NCBI GenBank assembly: GCA_938091905.1
Contig: CALKOM010000156.1
Span: forward strand, 1-28,761
Direction: 5' to 3'
Origin: an uncultured Verrucomicrobiales bacterium
Lineage (GTDB): Bacteria; Verrucomicrobiota; Verrucomicrobiia; Verrucomicrobiales; DEV007
Length of the DNA stretch: 28,761 nt
Below the pieces are notes generated by a model. That model did no database searches. It was not told the DNA's origin and worked only from the letters and a program-made list of their open reading frames with translations. Both the position numbers and the translations under genes were made by a program. Position 1 is the stretch's first letter. Every line of letters begins with the position of its first letter. Shown here one piece after another: positions 1 through 8,988 of the stretch.

Positions 1-284
1 AAACCATCTAGCAATTCCACGACGTCGTTGATTAGTACCTGATTCTGGTTATCGGAATCCACAAGCGAGACGTCGAGCTTTCGCTCTAGCCACAACAGCA
101 ATTCACTATCAAGGCGTTTCGGGGGCTTGTTCTCCATTCGCCAGAGCTTGTTCTGCGATGTCGGAAAGCCACTCTGCCACAGTTCATGAGACAGCTCCTC
201 TAATGTCAGGCCCTTTCGCTCACGAGCTTCCCGAATCTTCCGGCTCAGAGCCTCAAGATCAATATTATCGTGCTTTCGGGCCAT
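1..284 (-). CDS. XRE/Cro-family helix-turn-helix transcriptional regulator (3' end runs off the window)
   Basis: Not in the ORF track. Hand translation from the ATG at 284 gives MARKHDNIDLEALSRKIREARERKGLTLEELSHELWQSGFPTSQNKLWRMENKPPKRLDSELLLWLERKLDV..., open to the window edge. The IREARERKGLTLEEL...SQNKLWRMEN pattern is classic XRE. The start overlaps the upstream gene end by 20 nt. Confidence 0.85.
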   Translation of the reverse strand, partial: MARKHDNIDLEALSRKIREARERKGLTLEELSHELWQSGFPTSQNKLWRMENKPPKRLDSELLLWLERKLDVSLVDSDNQNQVLINDVVELLDG

Positions 285-1116
285 CAAGCGTCTCAAGCAG
301 GGCTTGGGTTAGAGTTTCATCAAGCAAGGTTCCATTCTTCCAGGCTTCTTCGAACGCTGTAGCAAATAAAGCCACGGTGGGATCATCAGGCCGGTTGCGG
401 AACACGCGCGCTTTGTGAGAAAAGCTATCCGTCCCGTCAGCAATGTCAGGGCGCTCGATGATCACATCCATGCGTTCACCACGATTATCTGCACGATAGG
501 AGTGCGACCATCGGCCTGGACTCATATACGGAGCCCTTGCGCCGGTAATGGATTCCGCCATCAATCTAACCTTAAAACGTTCGCCTAATTGTTGATTCAA
601 ATGGACGAGCACTGCTGCCGAATGCCAGCATCTTGCCCGAAACTCCCAGAGTTCCTCATCGAAGGCCTTGGCCAAATCAACAAACGCTTTATTGTTAGGA
701 TGATCATGGTTTCCTACTCGAGGATCCAATCCAACCACACGGATGATGCCACCACGCTGCATCACCTCTTCAATCTCTTTCCGAAATGCCCGTCCACCAA
801 AGTGAATCGATGTCATCGATAGCACATCAACGCGGTCGTAGTGCGCATTCGGAAAAGAAAGCAACACGTCTGGCACTCGAGCCGCTCGATCGACTGGATG
901 CTCTCCACCAAAGTTCTCCACACGCCAACGGGAGAAGGACTCATTAAAGTGCTCAAGCCCATTCAGTTGGGTAAAGTAGAACAGAATGGTTCCAAACGTC
1001 AACGCGATGACTGTCAGTGACGCCTTTGGGTTGTCCTGCAAGACGGCAATGGCCTTCAGCCACTGCTTGCGTGGCCAGGAAACACTCAGATGTCCGGTTT
1101 GAGGGGCCTGATTCAT
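265..1116 (-). CDS. Membrane-anchored protein with a DUF5919-like (PLD-fold-like) domain
   Basis: 283 aa ORF with a hydrophobic segment SLTVIALTFGTILFYF. It is followed by VDVLSMTS...EEVMQRGGIIRVVGLDP...KVRL...FEEAW, the motif order I associate with DUF5919-like domains. No HxK motif is visible. Confidence 0.55.
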   Translation of the reverse strand: MNQAPQTGHLSVSWPRKQWLKAIAVLQDNPKASLTVIALTFGTILFYFTQLNGLEHFNESFSRWRVENFGGEHPVDRAARVPDVLLSFPNAHYDRVDVLSMTSIHFGGRAFRKEIEEVMQRGGIIRVVGLDPRVGNHDHPNNKAFVDLAKAFDEELWEFRARCWHSAAVLVHLNQQLGERFKVRLMAESITGARAPYMSPGRWSHSYRADNRGERMDVIIERPDIADGTDSFSHKARVFRNRPDDPTVALFATAFEEAWKNGTLLDETLTQALLETLDGPKAR

Positions 1117-1130
1117 GGTAAACGGATAAG

Positions 1131-1178
1131 GCGATTCATTGCCATCACCATAATGTAGATCCGCGATTCATTGGGCAA
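1131..1178 (-). promoter_or_regulatory. Putative sigma70-like promoter for the leftward operon, with two 11-bp direct repeats
   Basis: Minus strand TTGCCC(1178-1173)-N17-CATTAT(1155-1150). Perfect repeats GCGATTCATTG at 1131-1141 and 1163-1173. Confidence 0.4.
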
Positions 1179-1238
1179 ATAGTTTCTTTTTTAGAATCCG
1201 AAACGGAATTCAAGCCCTTACTCCTCCGTTTTCTAGTA

Positions 1239-1283
1239 AAAATAGACAATTTCTGTTGCAACTTCGTTTTTATATTCTATTTT
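1239..1283 (+). promoter_or_regulatory. AT-rich putative promoter/operator of the sigma factor gene
   Basis: TTGCAA(1256-1261)-N16-TATTTT(1278-1283), bracketed by the 8-bp inverted repeat AAAATAGA(1239-1246)/TCTATTTT(1276-1283). Confidence 0.3.
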
Positions 1284-1305
1284 AGATTACAAACAAACGA
1301 AGCCC

Positions 1306-2151
1306 ATGACCGCATCAACGACACCAAATCCATCTTTAGGCCCTTACTACAAATCGATCAGCCGCCATGCCTTACTCACTCGCGACGAAGAGAAGGAACT
1401 CGGCCATCGCGTGCAAGCTGGAGACCAAGAAGCACGGGCGCGTCTGATCGAATCGAACCTTCGACTAGTCGCCAAGATCGCTCAAGACTTTGCCTATAGC
1501 GAGCTTCCCACGGAGGACCTCATTTCAGAAGGTAACATTGGTCTCATGACAGCCGCTGAGCGGTTCGATCCCGAGAACGGAGCGAAGTTCAGCACCTACG
1601 CGGCTTGGTGGATCAAACAGCACATGCGAAACGCGATCCGCAATCAAGTCCGTACCGTCCGCTTGCCATCTCATATCCAGACACGAGCGTGGAACCTTCA
1701 CAAGGAAACAGCAAGGCTCCAAATGGACTTGGGAAGGGACCCAACGAACGACGAACTCGCTGCCGCGCTTGAACTTACCAGGGAGCAATTGGATTTGGTT
1801 AAACAATCCGTACAGCCAATCACGCACTTGGATGCCACCATTGGAGAAGCCGAAAACGGCCGCACCTTCGGCGAGACCATCGCAGATGAATCGGCAGTTC
1901 TTCCGGACGAGGTCGCGAGTAGCCACGAAGACATCCATCGTGTCCGACACCTGCTAAAAGACCTTCCCGAGCGGGAACGGCGTATTCTCAATGCGCGCTT
2001 TGGTATCGATCAAGAAGATCCTGACACGCTAAGCAAGGTTGGGAAAAAACTTGGAGTTTCGCGAGAGCGCATCCGGCAACTCCAAAAAAGCGCGCTAACG
2101 CAATTGCGTATTGCGATGGAGGAGTCCGAGCCTCTTCCTATGTCAGCTTAG
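1306..2151 (+). CDS. RNA polymerase sigma factor, RpoD/RpoS-like sigma70 lacking region 1.1
   Basis: Region 1.2 YYKSISRHALLTRDEE; region 2 LIESNLRLVAKIA, DLISEGNIGLMTAAERFDP, KFSTYAAWWIKQ; region 3 LGRDPTNDELA; region 4 TLSKVGKKLGVSRERIRQLQKSAL. Confidence 0.95.
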   Translation: MTASTTPNPSLGPYYKSISRHALLTRDEEKELGHRVQAGDQEARARLIESNLRLVAKIAQDFAYSELPTEDLISEGNIGLMTAAERFDPENGAKFSTYAAWWIKQHMRNAIRNQVRTVRLPSHIQTRAWNLHKETARLQMDLGRDPTNDELAAALELTREQLDLVKQSVQPITHLDATIGEAENGRTFGETIADESAVLPDEVASSHEDIHRVRHLLKDLPERERRILNARFGIDQEDPDTLSKVGKKLGVSRERIRQLQKSALTQLRIAMEESEPLPMSA

Positions 2152-2182
2152 AGCTCCCCCTCACCCCCCTCAACCCCAACCA

Positions 2183-2238
2183 GGCTGTCCCGACTGAACA
2201 CCTCACCCCCAAAGTTCAGCTCGGGGCAGCCCAGTTTT
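2183..2238 (+). terminator. Probable intrinsic terminator after the sigma factor
   Basis: Stem GGCTGTCCCGACTGAAC(2183-2199)/GTTCAGCTCGGGGCAGCC(2214-2231) followed by CAGTTTT. Confidence 0.6.
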
Positions 2239-2324
2239 CACCCAGTTCGAAAAGATTGATTCATCGACTTCTCCCGCCGTTTCCCCATACTCATCACGCC
2301 TCTAATTCGAAGGCTCGCGCCCCT

Positions 2325-3361
2325 ATGAGTTCCCCCAAACCTTGAAGAAGAAGCTCCAGTCGCCGATTAATGCGTCTCTTTCTTAGCGGGCTCTTAGGTC
2401 TCATGGTGCTCGCAACAAAATGTGGACTTTCGGCACCGTATCCGTCGACGGCCCCTTCACAAGCGAGGACGGAAACTTGGCACTCAGGACCGTATGATTA
2501 CTGCTGACGGGCGTCGTCGTGACCCTGAGTAAGGGAAGGGCTGGAACAAACGTACTTTAGATTAGTTAGGTTGCTTAGCAATGGTTCTCGCTCCCTAGTA
2601 CTTTATAAAGCCCTTCAATAATCGAGATTGGCAACAGGATTGGAGAAAGACTGGCAGGGCAGATATCGATCGCGATACAGTGGCGTTTCGAAACTTTCAA
2701 AATTTCGACTACCTCGCAGATCATACGATTGTAGAGAGCCGGGAATCGCGAACGGTCCACCCCTCGAAATTACGAGGACTCGATTACGTTAACGATGCCC
2801 TCGGAGGCGATCTCACGGCCCACCCCATGCTCTCTTTTGACTTCGGGAGCAAAAGCCACGTCGTCCTATCGATCGAGACGCGAAGGGAAAAAGGGAAACT
2901 TTCTCGGAGATTGGCGGACTGTATAATATGTTCGATCTGCCATATCTCTTTGGCAACGAGCGGGATCTTATTTGATACACTAACAATGTTCTATATTAGC
3001 CCGTGGATCTATATCGCTCTAAGTTTGCGAAAGAACGAATGACTGCCATGTTTCTTGAGTCCGTCTAAGTTCTCAACGAACTCAACCAAAGTCCGGGCTG
3101 GTACAACGTCTTTTCGGCGAACTGTTCCAAGCCGAAAGACGGCTGCGCTTCGATTACTGAATGCTCGCCAATGGCAGGCTAGATGAACTTCTCTACGAGC
3201 AAAACATTTGTCAAATAAATGGACTATCATTCACTAAAATGAAAAAGCGTTTGCTCAAAAATGACATCATACAATCAGCTCATGAGGATCCTGCGTTCTC
3301 AAAGCGTATCCGGGAAGGGCGTCCAGGCTTCTCAACTATCCCTCAAAAAGTTCTCGAGTAG
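2325..3361 (+). pseudogene. DUF4105 (Lnb N-terminal-like) domain protein pseudogene
   Basis: Fragments in shifting frames: NFQNFDY...AHPMLSFDFG...LSIETRREKG, then FSEIGGLYNMFDLPYLFGNERDLI*, WYNVFSANC (~3100-3130) and NGRLDELLYE...AHEDPAFSKRIREG. Several stops and frameshifts. Confidence 0.8.
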
Positions 3362-4683
3362 TTCACAATGAACCGATACTCCTCCCGACGCTGATCGTCG
3401 CGCTCGTTCCAGCCCAAACGGACTCTAAACCAAAGGTCTTTAAACAAAGTCTTCTCCGGCCGGTAGTCGACCGTCACGTTCCATTCATCTTGGTTATCAC
3501 CCGCATAGCGACCTTTTTGGGGAACATCGCCGTGGGCGTAATTGGCAAAAGCGCTGAGACCATCCAAACCGAGATCTGCAAAATCATAAGATAGCCCTAC
3601 GCGAATCGCCGTCTCTTCAGGACGGTCAAAGTCACTCACCATGAGTGACGTGAAACCCGGTGTTCCGCCAAAAGGTTTCCTCAATTCTTCACCGGCCTCC
3701 GTGTGAGTGATCGCAGCCGAAGCGATGAGACTATTCCACCCGAGTCCCAATTGCCCACCGAAAGTCTGAATATCGAAGTCGCCCAACATCTCGTCGCCGA
3801 CACTGCGCTGATCAGTGAACTGCAAAGCGGCCTTCCAGGACCAATCCGACTCGCCGAAGGAATCGACTAGTCGCAGTTCCGTATAGACGGTGTTGAACGT
3901 GTTCCAACTGTAGTGATTCACCGCACCAAGGGTGAGATTCTCTCTCATGTCCCATCGAAACCCAAGAGTGCTGAGCCCATCCTCGGCATCCTCCACGCCA
4001 GCAGCCTCCGCCATTGAGATAAAAGTCGATTCGGTCCGATCCCGCATCTTCGCGACATGGCCTGCCGCAAGGGTCAACGATTCTTCCGGTTTCCACCAGA
4101 ACACATAGCTCTCGAAACTCTTCGGAGTCATTCGGCTATCGTTGCGATTCAGATAGGGAAGATCCATTTCCTGGCGAAACAGCCGTGTCGCGAAGGCATC
4201 GCCTAACTTTGCCTCGACGTAAGCCTCCCCAAAAGCCCAATAACCGCTCTGGTCGTCCCGCACGAGCCCTGTGCCCCCACGATCAGAATCGCCAGCCAAC
4301 GCTTGCGATGTGTACCCTGTTAGTCCTACACGAATCTTGTCACTCAACCAACCACTGAGAAACCGCAGGGCTCCGCCACCGGCCACGGATTCACGCAGTG
4401 TCCCGTTGTCTTCGTCTCGGTAACGCGCATAGAGGCGAGGCTCAAGCGTGACTTGAGCCTCACGAACCATCGGACTCAGCCCCGGGAAGTGTTCGCCGAT
4501 CAGGTTCCTCAAGAGGCGGCCCTCGCGAAGCCTCGGGATGAGCCGGAAATCTCGGAATGAATTAGGCACGTCCTGTAAGGACTTTGGCGCCGGCACCTCA
4601 TCCGCGAGGTATTCTTGATTCGCCCAAACTTTTTGGGAGACCATCACCCATAAAACAAGGACCACCCAGTTTCGAAAGCTCAT
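3343..4683 (-). CDS. OprD-family outer membrane porin
   Basis: Signal peptide; RQEMDLPYLNRNDSRMTPKSFE; DFDRPEETA...SYDF...GLDGLS; WNVTVDY; C-terminal YRFIVNY..F barrel signature. Confidence 0.85.
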   Translation of the reverse strand: MSFRNWVVLVLWVMVSQKVWANQEYLADEVPAPKSLQDVPNSFRDFRLIPRLREGRLLRNLIGEHFPGLSPMVREAQVTLEPRLYARYRDEDNGTLRESVAGGGALRFLSGWLSDKIRVGLTGYTSQALAGDSDRGGTGLVRDDQSGYWAFGEAYVEAKLGDAFATRLFRQEMDLPYLNRNDSRMTPKSFESYVFWWKPEESLTLAAGHVAKMRDRTESTFISMAEAAGVEDAEDGLSTLGFRWDMRENLTLGAVNHYSWNTFNTVYTELRLVDSFGESDWSWKAALQFTDQRSVGDEMLGDFDIQTFGGQLGLGWNSLIASAAITHTEAGEELRKPFGGTPGFTSLMVSDFDRPEETAIRVGLSYDFADLGLDGLSAFANYAHGDVPQKGRYAGDNQDEWNVTVDYRPEKTLFKDLWFRVRLGWNERDDQRREEYRFIVNYSRTF

Positions 4684-4699
4684 GAATCACCCATCCAAT

Positions 4700-5245
4700 C
4701 TACCTAAAGAATGGCTCCAGGGCTTCGGCCACCGCTTCATTAATGCGGGCATTCCTCGTCGCTGTATCAGCACCATCAAGGAGGTCACGTTTGGCAAAAT
4801 GACGGTAAATCAACTGGTTATCCTTGGCATCCAAGATATCGATAACAATCGCACCTGCCTCGAATTCGTCGGGGCGTTTGTTCTTGATGACCCCACGCTC
4901 ATGAGCTTCGTCCAAGATCGCAATCGAGTCACGACCATACCCGAAATAATCGTTGTTCATCGTCGTGGAAACATTGTCCTGACGGATCAACATGTAGGCC
5001 ACGATGAGTTGGGTCTCAGATGACCCGAAGGAAATTCCATGGGATTGAAATTGCTTTCCAATGGCTTCTTGAATCACCCCGTTGACCTCAGGAGAATCCT
5101 CCAGGCCTGGTCCTGAGGGACTGCTGTTTGGGGTTACCGCAAATCGTGCGGTCAAGTAGCCTTTACTACTGCCGTCAGGTAGATCAATGGTGGAGCAACT
5201 AGCGAGAAGACCTGTGATAAAGATTGTCGATAGGATTGATTTCAT
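4700..5245 (-). CDS. DUF4136-family lipoprotein
   Basis: Lipobox LLASC; EAGAIVIDILDAKDNQLIYR and INEAVAEALEPF match the DUF4136 pattern. Confidence 0.75.
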   Translation of the reverse strand: MKSILSTIFITGLLASCSTIDLPDGSSKGYLTARFAVTPNSSPSGPGLEDSPEVNGVIQEAIGKQFQSHGISFGSSETQLIVAYMLIRQDNVSTTMNNDYFGYGRDSIAILDEAHERGVIKNKRPDEFEAGAIVIDILDAKDNQLIYRHFAKRDLLDGADTATRNARINEAVAEALEPFFR

Positions 5246-5266
5246 AGGGATTGGTTAAATTTAGCG

Positions 5267-6494
5267 TTAGGTGGTTAGAAAATTATTAAGGGTGCGAGCG
5301 ACTTCAGGACGATTTAGGATCTCTGTATGACCATAGGGCAATCCGAGCACCCGTCGGGCGTCCTGCAGCGCGCGCACATCGAGTTCGCTCTCGGCTCCCA
5401 CGCTGCCATCATTCTCAGTGGGCAACCAGATCCATCGGCTACTCTTGTTCCCATGGGGAAAACCATAAGTCATCCAGGAGGGAAGTCGAGTCTTGAACAA
5501 GCCTTGAATAAAGTCGCTATTTGTCTGGACGTCACACCATGATGCCACAGCAGTTGATGCACGGCGTGCGCCCATCTGGGCAGCGCCATGGCCATTCCAA
5601 GACGTGCTCAGGGTCAAGAAATTCTGACGATCCTCATACGGGTTACGCAACAAGGCACGGCAGGCGACAAGCCCTCCCATGCTATCACCACATGCATCTG
5701 AGTAAAGCCGAGACGTTCCTGGATGACTTTCAAGATCTCGCTTATCCCTTCCGGCGCTGCGCTCCAGTCTATGTCCTCACGGGCAATGATAGAACCAGGG
5801 CTGAAACCAGCGTCTGTCCGGCTGACTCATAAGATACCGAAAGTCTTGAGGAGAGCCAGCCGCTCCGTGAACGAAAAGCACAGGAATCTTCGTAGGCCCG
5901 TAGGGCTCTAAAAAATAGGTTCCCACGAAATGATCACGAAGGAAGGCATTCGGCTCCCAGAGCCCACGCTCACCTTCCTTCGATGAAAAGCGGGACTCAA
6001 TCAAACTAGCAACCTGACCAAGACTCCCACGGGCGCTTCCCGGAATACGAGGCAGTTGCAACAAGAACCCATTGTTAGGCCAATCAACTAAGGAAAGATT
6101 AGCGGTGAGGGAACGCTGATTATTTCCTAACGAAACCAGCTGCGGAGAGTAGCGAAAAGCGGCTGATTTCCCACGACTCCGACGCCAGTCTTCATTACGA
6201 TCTTGAAACGCCGCGATGGCATGAAATCTCTGGGCTGGTAGAGCGAAGACATAGGGCGATCTTTCGGGCACCAGCTGGAAGTCAACCAGCCTAGGAGCCG
6301 TCTCGCCCAAGATCGCAGGCCGCAGCGTAGACGAGGTGGTTTCCATCAACGTTTTGAATCGTGCCATGGACGTTGCCAATCTGATCCAGCTGGACCAGTT
6401 CGCGCCTGAGTGTTCGAAAGGCACAGGACGAATGAAGCAGGCTAGCAACGAGTCCTACAAGACCAAGTCAAAAGCACCCCGTCACACGGATCAC
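5267..6494 (-). pseudogene. Alpha/beta-hydrolase (lipase/esterase-like) pseudogene
   Basis: Split over ORFs 5777-6448 (IPVLFVHGAAGSPQDF) and 5267-5680 (SMGGLVA, TLSTSWNGH, NDGSV, YGHTEIL). The H-S-M-G-G elbow is disrupted by a frameshift. The 5' signal-like region near 6494 contains an in-frame stop. Confidence 0.8.
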
Positions 6495-7732
6495 TTCCAG
6501 AATTTGCCAAAGGCATTTTCAATGACTTGAAAACCGCTCCCCTGAATCTCTTGCCGCGCAAGCTTACTTAGCTCTCCTGTCAGGTAAAGATGCCGGGCTT
6601 TGACCTCAAAGCCCTGAGGCTGAAAGTCGCCGATTGCTTCCGTGAGTGCCGCCGTCTCTCCACTCCAAGACCCATAGTCACAGGCCAAGGGGACAACAAG
6701 GGCTCCCTTTGCAGCCAAACAAATGGGCAAACCATTAAAATTCATGACCTGTTGGATCTCGGCCTGCTTCTTTTGATAGTTCGCCATGAGCTGGGAGACC
6801 CGAACGAAGAACAAGGAGTCAGCCTCATCCTGCGCCGTAATGGCCATTCGCAGAAAGTCTCCACGGCCCACCGCTCCACTGAGTTGGGCCAGCAGCCGTG
6901 TGATAATGGTTTGAGAAGACGGCGTGTACTGCGGGTGATCAAGAAACGTCGCCACTTCGCCTCCATTGATTCCCATACGTTCTAGCACTTCCCGATTCTC
7001 TCTCCGCAAATCAAGCGGTGCTTTGTTTTTGAGCGCGTCTTTAATCTCTGAGGAAGTGCTCACTCCCTGCACAATCGAGCCCGCTGTCCCCGCAGGAATT
7101 ACTGTAATGGCAGCCTTCACCGTCATCTTTCCGGCGTAGGCTGTCCAAGCCAACTCATCCAATTCGCGATGAAGAGCGGGGTTTCGGCTGTAGGGATCCA
7201 CGCCCAGTTCAAAGGCGAGTTCACGCTTCACCCCATTCAATCCGATTAGATCCTTCACACTGCCTCCCCCCGTCTTCCCGCGCTTAACAGCTTCCCCTGC
7301 GCGACGCACATAGCGCATCGCTCCGCGTCCCACGCTTCGTACCGTGCTGCCTGGACTGTCTATCAAGTTCCCGGCCATCTTGAAAGGACTTTTCAACGCC
7401 TGCTTCGCAGCATCCCCATAAAGCTTGGACTTGGCAATGTATTGCATCGCGGCCATGGCACGAATTTCGCGAACCCGGATTCGAAGTAGATCATCACCAT
7501 CTGCCTGGAAGTTTCCAAAGGACGATTTGATCAGATAGGTATTGGTGACCCCCTGCGTCGCCACGCTTTCTAATACCTCGTGATTACGGCTACGTAGCCA
7601 CTCATCCTTCAGCACTGAAGCTGCGGTAAAAACGGGAGGAACTTCAAAGTCTTGCGCCGCCTCTTGACTGTTGACTTCAAGTGACAAGCACAAAAGGGAA
7701 CTAACGAAATAAAGAATCTTATATAGCTTCAT
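6491..7732 (-). CDS. Secreted/periplasmic hypothetical protein
   Basis: Long intact ORF. Likely start MKLYKILYFVSSLLCLSLEVNSQE (signal peptide). Contains KRELAFELGVDPYSRNP. No function recognised. Confidence 0.8.
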   Translation of the reverse strand: MKLYKILYFVSSLLCLSLEVNSQEAAQDFEVPPVFTAASVLKDEWLRSRNHEVLESVATQGVTNTYLIKSSFGNFQADGDDLLRIRVREIRAMAAMQYIAKSKLYGDAAKQALKSPFKMAGNLIDSPGSTVRSVGRGAMRYVRRAGEAVKRGKTGGGSVKDLIGLNGVKRELAFELGVDPYSRNPALHRELDELAWTAYAGKMTVKAAITVIPAGTAGSIVQGVSTSSEIKDALKNKAPLDLRRENREVLERMGINGGEVATFLDHPQYTPSSQTIITRLLAQLSGAVGRGDFLRMAITAQDEADSLFFVRVSQLMANYQKKQAEIQQVMNFNGLPICLAAKGALVVPLACDYGSWSGETAALTEAIGDFQPQGFEVKARHLYLTGELSKLARQEIQGSGFQVIENAFGKFWK

Positions 7733-7797
7733 AGAGAGTGAGAGGTTCATTGCTAGTCGATGCAAACCACGATCGCCTGGGGAGTAATCGGGCCACG

Positions 7798-8889
7798 CTA
7801 AGTCCGAACGATACCAGGAAGGACAGGGTCCACTTCTTTGACGACATAATTGCCGTCAGGATCTCCCAAAAACTCAGCACCAAAGAAGGACGCACACCAA
7901 ACATAAGCACCTGTGAGATCGGCACCACGAAAGCCGCAGTAATCAAACACACCAAGTTCCATATACGTGCCGTTCAACGTCGCTTCGCGGAAGTCAGATT
8001 CTTGAAGTACAGCTTCAGAGAGATTCGCGGTGCGGAAAACAGCATCTCTGGCCTCCACCCCTTCATCCATTTCGCACTCCTGCATCAATGCCTCTCGAAA
8101 CGTGCACAGTTCCATCTTCGCATTTCCCATGTTGGCTCGGCGGAGATCTGCCATATCAAAACTCGCCTTCTCGCACCTAGCATCTTTAAGCCTGGCATCA
8201 GTGAAGAGCGCACCCACAAATTCGCCCTCTTCAAGCACGGCCCTAGAAAGGTTCGCCATTGTGAAGTCGGCAGTCATAAACTCGCTAAAAAAATTTGCAC
8301 TATCAAGTTTGGCCTCTCGAAAGCTACTACGCTCACCAGTCGCTCGGGTTAGGTCGGCCGAATCCATCACAACATTGTCAAAAACCGCTCTCTCGAGATT
8401 AGCTCTCGAAAGGTCGCTATTGGTTAGTATCGCCCCCGAAAGATTGGCACGTTGCAGATCCGTCGACGATAAGTCCTCGTCACTCAGGTCTTCACTAACC
8501 AACTCCACTCCCGACAGGTCGCGCCCAGAAAGATCTACGGTCATCTTCAAGCGGTAGTAAATCGCTTGGCTTGCCCGGTCAAAGGCGAGCGTATGATTTT
8601 GAGAGCTACCATTCACACGAAGGTCAACCACCTCACCAGTGGTCGACCAAACAGCTAAGTCTTTGCTAGATTCAATCTCATATCTTGGATAAATCGGAGT
8701 GGATTCCTCAAGCGTGACCGAACGATCCCTCCAGGAAAGGCTCACTGAGTTGTCGCCTAATTGGACACTCACACCAGGATCTTCTGGAATAAGAAGAGCG
8801 ACTGACGACTGGGCGAGAAGCGAGACAATGCACCCTAGGTACGACAGCCATACAATCATCGAGCGATGTTTATCGGGGCTTTTGGTCAT
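7798..8889 (-). CDS. Secreted pentapeptide-repeat protein with an N-terminal SxDLxxW domain
   Basis: Many A(D/N)Lxx repeats (ANLSG AILTN SDLSR ANLER...). Hydrophobic N-terminus; YEIESSKDLAVW...IYYRL segment. Confidence 0.9.
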   Translation of the reverse strand: MTKSPDKHRSMIVWLSYLGCIVSLLAQSSVALLIPEDPGVSVQLGDNSVSLSWRDRSVTLEESTPIYPRYEIESSKDLAVWSTTGEVVDLRVNGSSQNHTLAFDRASQAIYYRLKMTVDLSGRDLSGVELVSEDLSDEDLSSTDLQRANLSGAILTNSDLSRANLERAVFDNVVMDSADLTRATGERSSFREAKLDSANFFSEFMTADFTMANLSRAVLEEGEFVGALFTDARLKDARCEKASFDMADLRRANMGNAKMELCTFREALMQECEMDEGVEARDAVFRTANLSEAVLQESDFREATLNGTYMELGVFDYCGFRGADLTGAYVWCASFFGAEFLGDPDGNYVVKEVDPVLPGIVRT

Positions 8890-8988
8890 CGCTAGCAGGT
8901 AAGATCGACTGACGATGAAATCAGTCCATTCGTGGGCTGAATCTTCAAAAGAAGATCGTTGGAGGAATCAGTTGGTAGCATGAGCTAA

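Noticed and set aside
158..418. Plus-strand 86-aa ORF
   Set aside because: Antisense to the XRE and DUF5919-like genes, which have clear motifs.
1306..2151. Calling the sigma factor rpoD or rpoS
   Set aside because: It lacks region 1.1 and diverges in regions 2.4 and 4.2. Orthology cannot be assigned without a phylogeny.
7738..8557. Long plus-strand ORFs 7738-8352 and 8030-8557
   Set aside because: Antisense shadows of the pentapeptide-repeat gene with no recognisable motifs.
7798..8889. Qnr/MfpA quinolone-resistance call
   Set aside because: The apparent signal peptide and extra N-terminal domain are inconsistent with a cytoplasmic gyrase protector.
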